A DNA stretch of 54,224 nt from positions 1 through 54,224 of the forward strand of contig CANHDN010000003.1 of the NCBI GenBank assembly GCA_947459415.1, given 5' to 3'. A program made the position numbers and the translations under genes. Below, in pieces: positions 48,852-54,224 of this stretch. The stretch's first letter is position 1; each line of letters begins with the position of its first letter. The stretch comes from Bacteroidota bacterium (GTDB taxonomy: Bacteria; Bacteroidota; Bacteroidia; UKL13-3). The notes below the pieces were generated by a model. The model was not told the origin of the DNA. It ran no database searches and saw only the letters and a program-made list of their open reading frames with translations.

Positions 48852-50078
48852 TTAGGCATGTGCAGCCAACAACAAATCAATATCTTTTTGATAAATACTT
48901 AAGCGTTTTCCTAAATGCTGATTCGTTAAATTCCCTTTGTAGATATATACTCCATTTCTAACCTCTGGGTGCGCGAATAAGAAGGATGCCAAATTATTAG
49001 CTTCAGATATTTTCAATAACAATGGGGTTAAAATATTACTCAAAGCATAGCTAGCAGTTCTACATACATTACTGGTAATATTTGGCACGCAATAGTGCAT
49101 AACATCATGTTTTACAAAAGTTGGTGCGGCATGTGTAGTTATTTCTGAAGTTTCAAAAATTCCACCTTGATCAATGCTAATATCAATAATAACACTGCTT
49201 GGCTTCATTTGTGAAACCAACTCTTCACTCACAATAATCGGACTCCTACCTTCTTCCGCTCTTATGCATCCGATGGCAAGATCTGCAGATAATAGTGCCT
49301 TATGTAAAATTTTAGGATGAATTAAAGAGGTAAAAATAGGCTGCCCTAAATTACTTTGTAGCCGTCTCAATTTGGCTAAAGAATTATCAAATACCTTTAC
49401 AATTGCACCTTTACCAATAGCAGCTTTAGCAGCATATTCACCCACAGTGCCCGCCCCAATGATGACAATTTCTGTTGGTGGAATCCCAGAAACTCCACCT
49501 AATAACTCTCCCTTACCTCCTCCTCTAATACTTAATAAATCTGCTGCTATAGAAATTGCTGTAATGCCAGCAATTTCACTCATACTTCTAATTATTGGAA
49601 AAATACCATCTCCATCTTTTAGGTACTCAAAACCTATGGCATTAATTTTCTTTTGCATTAAGCTTCTTACGTAAGAGCTGGATTTTGAACCATGTTGTAA
49701 GGCAGAAATTAATAATTTATCTGGAGATAATAAATCTACTTCTTCCAAGGTGGGAGGCTCAACCTTTACAATTACGTCTGCCTTGTAAATTTCTTCCTGA
49801 CTATAACATATTTTAGCTCCAGCTTCGCTATACTCCCTATCACTAAACTTAGCTGCTTTTCCTGCATTGGTCTCAATCCACACCTCATTTCCATTATTTA
49901 CTATTTGCTGAACCGAAGAAGGTGTAAGTGCGATGCGGTGCTCCTGCAAGGTTATTTCTTTAGGAACACCAATATACAAGGTTTTATCAGGAGAATTTAC
50001 TTCTAATAAAGATTCTTTAGGTTGTAAACTAGCTTGTTTGGCAAGTTCGCTAAACCCAAAAGATGTATGTTCAGCCAT
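48852..50078 (-). CDS. Alanine dehydrogenase / pyridine-nucleotide transhydrogenase-alpha family oxidoreductase
   Basis: IGVPKEITLQEHRIALTP is the AlaDH/PNT N-terminal block. The NAD fold is VVIIGAGTVGEYAAKAA, and DISIDQGG is present. Confidence 0.8.
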   Translation of the reverse strand: MAEHTSFGFSELAKQASLQPKESLLEVNSPDKTLYIGVPKEITLQEHRIALTPSSVQQIVNNGNEVWIETNAGKAAKFSDREYSEAGAKICYSQEEIYKADVIVKVEPPTLEEVDLLSPDKLLISALQHGSKSSSYVRSLMQKKINAIGFEYLKDGDGIFPIIRSMSEIAGITAISIAADLLSIRGGGKGELLGGVSGIPPTEIVIIGAGTVGEYAAKAAIGKGAIVKVFDNSLAKLRRLQSNLGQPIFTSLIHPKILHKALLSADLAIGCIRAEEGRSPIIVSEELVSQMKPSSVIIDISIDQGGIFETSEITTHAAPTFVKHDVMHYCVPNITSNVCRTASYALSNILTPLLLKISEANNLASFLFAHPEVRNGVYIYKGNLTNQHLGKRLSIYQKDIDLLLAAHA

Positions 50079-50143
50079 GTTTATTTTTGTTTGAATGAAC
50101 CCAAATGTACAAAATCAATTTCAAAATTCAATTGATTAATATT

Positions 50144-50569
50144 TTACTCAAATACAAGAAATTTTCTTGCATCCGCTGTTACATCAATCTTGATCACCAT
50201 TTTTTTTTCATCCACTAAAATTTCTTCAATCATCTCAGGCCATTCAATCAGGCATATTGAGCCACTTTCAAAATATGTTTCATAGCCTATGTCATATACT
50301 TCTGAAACATGCCTAATACGATAAAAATCAAAATGAAATAAGGGTAAGTTATTGGGCAACAAATACTCATTGACCAGGGAAAAAGTAGGGCTACTCACAT
50401 GCTGATTAATTCCCAATTGCTTGCAAATTTCCTTAATTAGTGTTGTTTTACCAGCACCCATGTTCCCATAAAAACACCACAATTTATGATTACCTGCCGA
50501 ATCAATAATACATTGAGCTGCCTCATGAATATTCTGAAGCGTATATGTTTTGCTAATTTTTGCTTGCAT
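50144..50569 (-). CDS. tsaE: tRNA t6A biosynthesis ATPase TsaE
   Basis: GNMGAGKTTLIKEICKQLG, SPTFSLVNEY, HFDFYR and IEWPE are the canonical TsaE/YjeE motifs. Confidence 0.88.
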   Translation of the reverse strand: MQAKISKTYTLQNIHEAAQCIIDSAGNHKLWCFYGNMGAGKTTLIKEICKQLGINQHVSSPTFSLVNEYLLPNNLPLFHFDFYRIRHVSEVYDIGYETYFESGSICLIEWPEMIEEILVDEKKMVIKIDVTADARKFLVFE

Positions 50570-51737
50570 TTCTTCTTCGCAGTTCTTTCTGAACCAAACT
50601 TAACTCTCTTCCAGCCTGTCCTTGAACACTTGTATTTTCTTGTGCTCTTCTAAACAAGTATGGTAAAACAGCCTTAACCGGCCCATATGGCAGATACTTG
50701 GCAACACAATAACCTGCATTTGCCAGATTATAGCTTAAGTTATCACTCATCCCAAACAACTGAGAAAAAAACACACGCTGGTCATTTGGATTCAATGAGG
50801 CATTCTGCATTAATGTTATCAAATATTTACAACTTTCTTCATTGTGTGTTCCGGCGCATAATGAAACGCTATCTATATGTTCTATGCAATATGCCAAACC
50901 AGCATTATAATCTAAATCACTAGCCGCCTTATTAGGTTGAATAGGATTTTTATAATTTAAATCTTTCGCACGAAGTGCTTCTTTTTCCATATAAGCACCT
51001 CGCACTAATTTTACTCCGTAAAAATAATTATGGCGCTGCGCATGCTCAATTGAATTCTTTAAAAAAGCAAGCCTTTCTTGTCTATAAAATTGAATTGTAT
51101 TATAAATTATTGCTCTTTCCTTATTGTATTTAAGCATCATTTCAGTTGCAATTTCATCAATAGCATCCTGAATCCAACTTTCTTCAGCATCTATAAACAA
51201 TCTAACCTGGCATTTATGAGCTGTTTCACAAATCATATTGATGCGATGCTTTACTTGATTGTATTCTTTTTGCTCCTGCTCAGAGAGTGCTTCTTTTGCA
51301 TTTAATTTAGCCAACAATTCAAAACGAGCTACGCCAGTTACTTTAAAAACACTAAACGGAATAGCAGGATTTGATTCAGCCTTCAGAATTGTTTGAATTA
51401 TCTCCTGAGCAGTAGTTTCAAAAACATCTTCGTGTTCTTCCCCTTCCACTGAATAATCCAAAATAGTTCCTACATGAAAGCGATGCATCAACTGAATATT
51501 CTTCTCACAATCTTGGATATTTTCTCCACCACAAAATTGATGAAACACTGTTTTTTTAATTAGTCCCTTTATAGGCAAACCCATTGAGAAAGCTAAATCC
51601 ACCATTTTTGGCCCTGCCTGAACCAACCAATTATACCCAATTGCCTTGAATAACATATATGAATTACGCAGTTCTTTGTTAGATTTTGTTTGAAAGGCAA
51701 TTTGTGTGTTAGAAAAATCAATGCTGGTATGAATCAT
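50553..51737 (-). CDS. Proline dehydrogenase (stand-alone PRODH domain)
   Basis: LFIDAEESW, VKLVRGAY and QLFGMSDNLSYNLANAGYCVAKYLPYGPVKAVLPYLFRRAQEN are the conserved PRODH C-terminal blocks. Confidence 0.85.
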   Translation of the reverse strand: MIHTSIDFSNTQIAFQTKSNKELRNSYMLFKAIGYNWLVQAGPKMVDLAFSMGLPIKGLIKKTVFHQFCGGENIQDCEKNIQLMHRFHVGTILDYSVEGEEHEDVFETTAQEIIQTILKAESNPAIPFSVFKVTGVARFELLAKLNAKEALSEQEQKEYNQVKHRINMICETAHKCQVRLFIDAEESWIQDAIDEIATEMMLKYNKERAIIYNTIQFYRQERLAFLKNSIEHAQRHNYFYGVKLVRGAYMEKEALRAKDLNYKNPIQPNKAASDLDYNAGLAYCIEHIDSVSLCAGTHNEESCKYLITLMQNASLNPNDQRVFFSQLFGMSDNLSYNLANAGYCVAKYLPYGPVKAVLPYLFRRAQENTSVQGQAGRELSLVQKELRRRNASKN

Positions 51738-51815
51738 GTTTTGTAAATATTAAATTGCTGTTACCAATTTATAGCCCTATTTTGCAGCACAAAAGTATTA
51801 TTAAAAGCTCGTTTC

Positions 51816-52865
51816 ATGAAAGAAATAATTCAAAAAGATTTTGAAATTTACTTTGGCTCAGATGTATTAGAGAAACTCGCTGAAATACTGATAAATAAAG
51901 AATACTCTAAGGTATTTGTTTTAGTTGACAACAATACAAAAAACTATTGTTGGCCAATTTTAAGTCCGTACCTTGTAAATTTCCAACTAATTGAAATTGA
52001 ATCAGGAGAAAACCATAAAAACCTTCATAACGCAGAGAAAATTTGGACAAGGTTACAGCAATTTCAGGCAGACAAACATGCAGTTATCATCAATTTAGGT
52101 GGAGGTGTTATTAGTGATTTAGGTGGATTTGTTGCAGCAACCTATAAACGAGGGATTGATTTTATTAATATTCCAACTACCCTACTAGGCATGGTAGATG
52201 CAAGTATTGGAGGAAAACTAGGTATAGATCTCCATGCATTGAAAAATGCTGTTGGAGTGATAAAAAACCCAAAATACATTTTTATAGATCCCATATTCTT
52301 AAATACATTACCTGTAAACGAGAGACGCAATGGATTAGCAGAGGTTTGCAAACATGCATTAATTGATGATAAATCTTTATTTGAAAAATTACTCCATATT
52401 GAAGAAAAAGAAAACCTGGATGCTTTACTTTTTCAATCCATAAAAATTAAGGTTAAGATTGTAAAAAAAGATCCATTTGAAAAAGATTTAAGAAAATCAC
52501 TCAACTTTGGACACACGGTTGGCCATGCAATAGAAACCTTTTCTTTAAAAAATGATTCAAATCCTCTCAAACATGGCGAAGCAATTGCTATAGGAATGAT
52601 TTGCGAAGCATATATGAGTGCTGCTATTCAGGGTTTAACTTCTTCTGAACTTAAAAGTATTTGCAAATATTTCTTAAATCGATTTCCTAAGTATAAAGGG
52701 AAATTACCTGAAAATGAATTAATTGAATACATGAGAAATGATAAGAAAAATGAAGAGGGCTTCATTAATTTTACATTACTAAAAAAGATAGGTAAAGCCA
52801 AGATTAATTGCCATTGTCATGATGAATTAATTATAAAATCACTCGCATTTTACAAGAATTTATAA
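51816..52865 (+). CDS. aroB: 3-dehydroquinate synthase
   Basis: LGGGVISDLGGFVAATYKRGI, PTTLLGMVDASIGGK and NFGHTVGHAIE are present. Confidence 0.92.
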   Translation: MKEIIQKDFEIYFGSDVLEKLAEILINKEYSKVFVLVDNNTKNYCWPILSPYLVNFQLIEIESGENHKNLHNAEKIWTRLQQFQADKHAVIINLGGGVISDLGGFVAATYKRGIDFINIPTTLLGMVDASIGGKLGIDLHALKNAVGVIKNPKYIFIDPIFLNTLPVNERRNGLAEVCKHALIDDKSLFEKLLHIEEKENLDALLFQSIKIKVKIVKKDPFEKDLRKSLNFGHTVGHAIETFSLKNDSNPLKHGEAIAIGMICEAYMSAAIQGLTSSELKSICKYFLNRFPKYKGKLPENELIEYMRNDKKNEEGFINFTLLKKIGKAKINCHCHDELIIKSLAFYKNL

Positions 52866-52867
52866 TT

Positions 52868-54133
52868 ATGTCTAGGGTCACTAAACAAAAAGTTAATATT
52901 ACTTCTCAAAGTGAAAACTTAGTTGCTCAAATTCAATTACCCGCCTCAAAAAGTATCAGTAATAGGGCACTTATTTTAAATGAAATTTTAAAAGTAAAAT
53001 TAGGCAAAGGAATTGTGTTGCTTAATGTATCTGATGCCGATGATACACAAATCTTAATAACAGCCATAGCCCAATCAGGTGGCACAATTTATCTTGATAA
53101 TGCTGGCACTTGTATGCGTTTTTTATGTGCATATTTTGCTGCCTTACCAGGAATTAATGTTGTGTTAACTGGAAGTGAGAGATTACACGAAAGGCCCATT
53201 CATTCGCTTGTAAAAGCCCTACAAAAAATGGGAGCAGAAATAAATTATTTAAGTAAAGAAAATTGCTTACCCATATCAATAGTAGGTAAACAACTAAGTG
53301 GCGGTTTAGTAAAAGTAACAGGAAATCAATCAAGCCAATTTATCAGTGCTTTATTATTAATTGCACCTCTTTTAACAAATCCATTAGAAATTCAGGTAGA
53401 AGGAGAAATAGTCAGTAAAGAATATATTAAACTATCTCAGTTAATGCTTCAAGAGTTTGGAATACCATGTCAAATATCTGAGGATTACAGGTTAATTAAA
53501 GCTTATTCAATACATCAAGAAAATATTCCGGAAACATACAACATTGAGGCAGATTGGAGTAGCGCTGCATTCTTTTATGAAGCAGCTATTTTGGCAGAAA
53601 AAGCAGACCTTTTTTTTGAAAACTTACAATTAAATTCTATACAAGGTGATGCTATTTTAGCCAAATGGATGGAGGAATTTGGAATAAATAGTATTCAAAA
53701 GGAAAATGGTGTAGCAATTAGTAAAATAAGGAAGGGTAAGCTAAATATAAATAAAATTGATTTCACTAATCATCCAGATTTAGCTCCAGCTATTATTTGT
53801 GCAAGCGCTGGAGCCTCTATTCCTTTTTGTGCAGAAGGAATCAGTAGCTTACAAGTGAAGGAAAGCAACCGAATTATAGCATTAAAAAATGGACTTGATT
53901 TGTTACATTTTAAGGTTAAGACAACTGAAAATACCCTATGTCATGATGGATTGGCTCATGCCTTTTATCAAAATTCCTGCATAAACACAGAAAACGACCA
54001 TAGAATTACGATGGCTTTTAGCATGCTAGCGATTGCGCAATCAAATATTGTATTACTTGAAAGTGAATCTGTTAAAAAATCTTTTCCTAACTTCTGGATT
54101 GAAGCTAAGAAAATTGGCTTAACGGTAAAATAA
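52868..54133 (+). CDS. aroA: 3-phosphoshikimate 1-carboxyvinyltransferase (EPSP synthase)
   Basis: LPASKSISNRALIL, NAGTCMRFL, SSQFISALLL, ESNRI and DHRITMAF are present. Confidence 0.92.
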   Translation: MSRVTKQKVNITSQSENLVAQIQLPASKSISNRALILNEILKVKLGKGIVLLNVSDADDTQILITAIAQSGGTIYLDNAGTCMRFLCAYFAALPGINVVLTGSERLHERPIHSLVKALQKMGAEINYLSKENCLPISIVGKQLSGGLVKVTGNQSSQFISALLLIAPLLTNPLEIQVEGEIVSKEYIKLSQLMLQEFGIPCQISEDYRLIKAYSIHQENIPETYNIEADWSSAAFFYEAAILAEKADLFFENLQLNSIQGDAILAKWMEEFGINSIQKENGVAISKIRKGKLNINKIDFTNHPDLAPAIICASAGASIPFCAEGISSLQVKESNRIIALKNGLDLLHFKVKTTENTLCHDGLAHAFYQNSCINTENDHRITMAFSMLAIAQSNIVLLESESVKKSFPNFWIEAKKIGLTVK

Positions 54134-54190
54134 TCAAGCAAAAAGCCAAGATTTTAAGTAAATATTAGGCAAAAAAGAGTTCAAAAAAAA

Positions 54191-54218
54191 AGCCTCACCA
54201 CAAGTGGTAAGGCTTTTT
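54191..54218 (+). terminator. Rho-independent terminator after aroA
   Basis: AGCCTCACC (54191..54199) pairs with GGTAAGGCT (54205..54213) with one mismatch. It is followed by TTTTT and preceded by an A-run. Confidence 0.65.
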
Positions 54219-54224
54219 AAGAAC

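Noticed and set aside
27693-51737. A 24-kb block in which every gene is on the minus strand, preceded by a mostly plus-strand block (9956..23777). This might mark a replication terminus or origin.
   Set aside because: The convergent orientation conflicts with the origin-proximal expectation for parAB. I cannot compute GC skew reliably by eye, and strand bias alone is not diagnostic.
1-54224. A search for CRISPR arrays, tRNA/rRNA genes, IS elements or inverted terminal repeats, integrases, toxin-antitoxin pairs and retron/DGR reverse transcriptases.
   Set aside because: No intergenic region exceeds about 260 bp, and none shows repeat-spacer periodicity or a cloverleaf-capable G+C-rich segment. 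No ORF carries DDE, tyrosine-recombinase or RT motifs.

Overview
This is an AT-rich chromosomal segment (roughly one-third G+C by eye) from a Bacteroidota-type genome. Supporting signs are TAnnTTTG -7 promoter motifs, three complete proteins ending in T9SS-type C-terminal sorting domains (plus one truncated candidate), and parA-parB-DUF5683-dapB-lepB synteny. I call about 43 protein genes, almost all housekeeping: lysC, miaA, folK, a deoxynucleoside kinase, an aldehyde dehydrogenase, an S9 peptidase, rluF, ychF, glmM, topA, aroC, lepB, dapB, parB, parA, tsaE, proline dehydrogenase, aroB and aroA. There are also an orphan 7TMR-DISM histidine kinase, an AsmA-like protein and several secreted proteins and lipoproteins. 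I saw no rRNA, tRNA, CRISPR array, transposase or integrase. A 572-codon partial ORF on the minus strand at the left edge (1..1717) is missing from the supplied ORF track. The most interesting item is a tightly coupled three-gene operon (39491..43886, minus strand). It encodes a compact 882-aa SMC/Rad50-like ATPase, a 400-aa helical protein and a 182-aa MukE/MksE-like protein, with no nuclease subunit. It sits between lepB and aroC, overlaps the aroC start, and lies about 4 kb downstream of parAB. I read it as a divergent MukBEF/MksBEF-like (Wadjet-minus-JetD) module of unknown role. The second notable item is a Cu-type P1B ATPase gene split from its HMA metal-binding domain exactly at an A10 homopolymer, where a -1 shift restores a full-length CopA. 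Smaller observations are: ychF-Smr translational coupling, a heptamer tandem repeat in the ychF leader, 18-bp tandem repeats encoding a basic tail on TopA, half-parS direct repeats upstream of parA, and twin palindromes upstream of the SMC-like operon.
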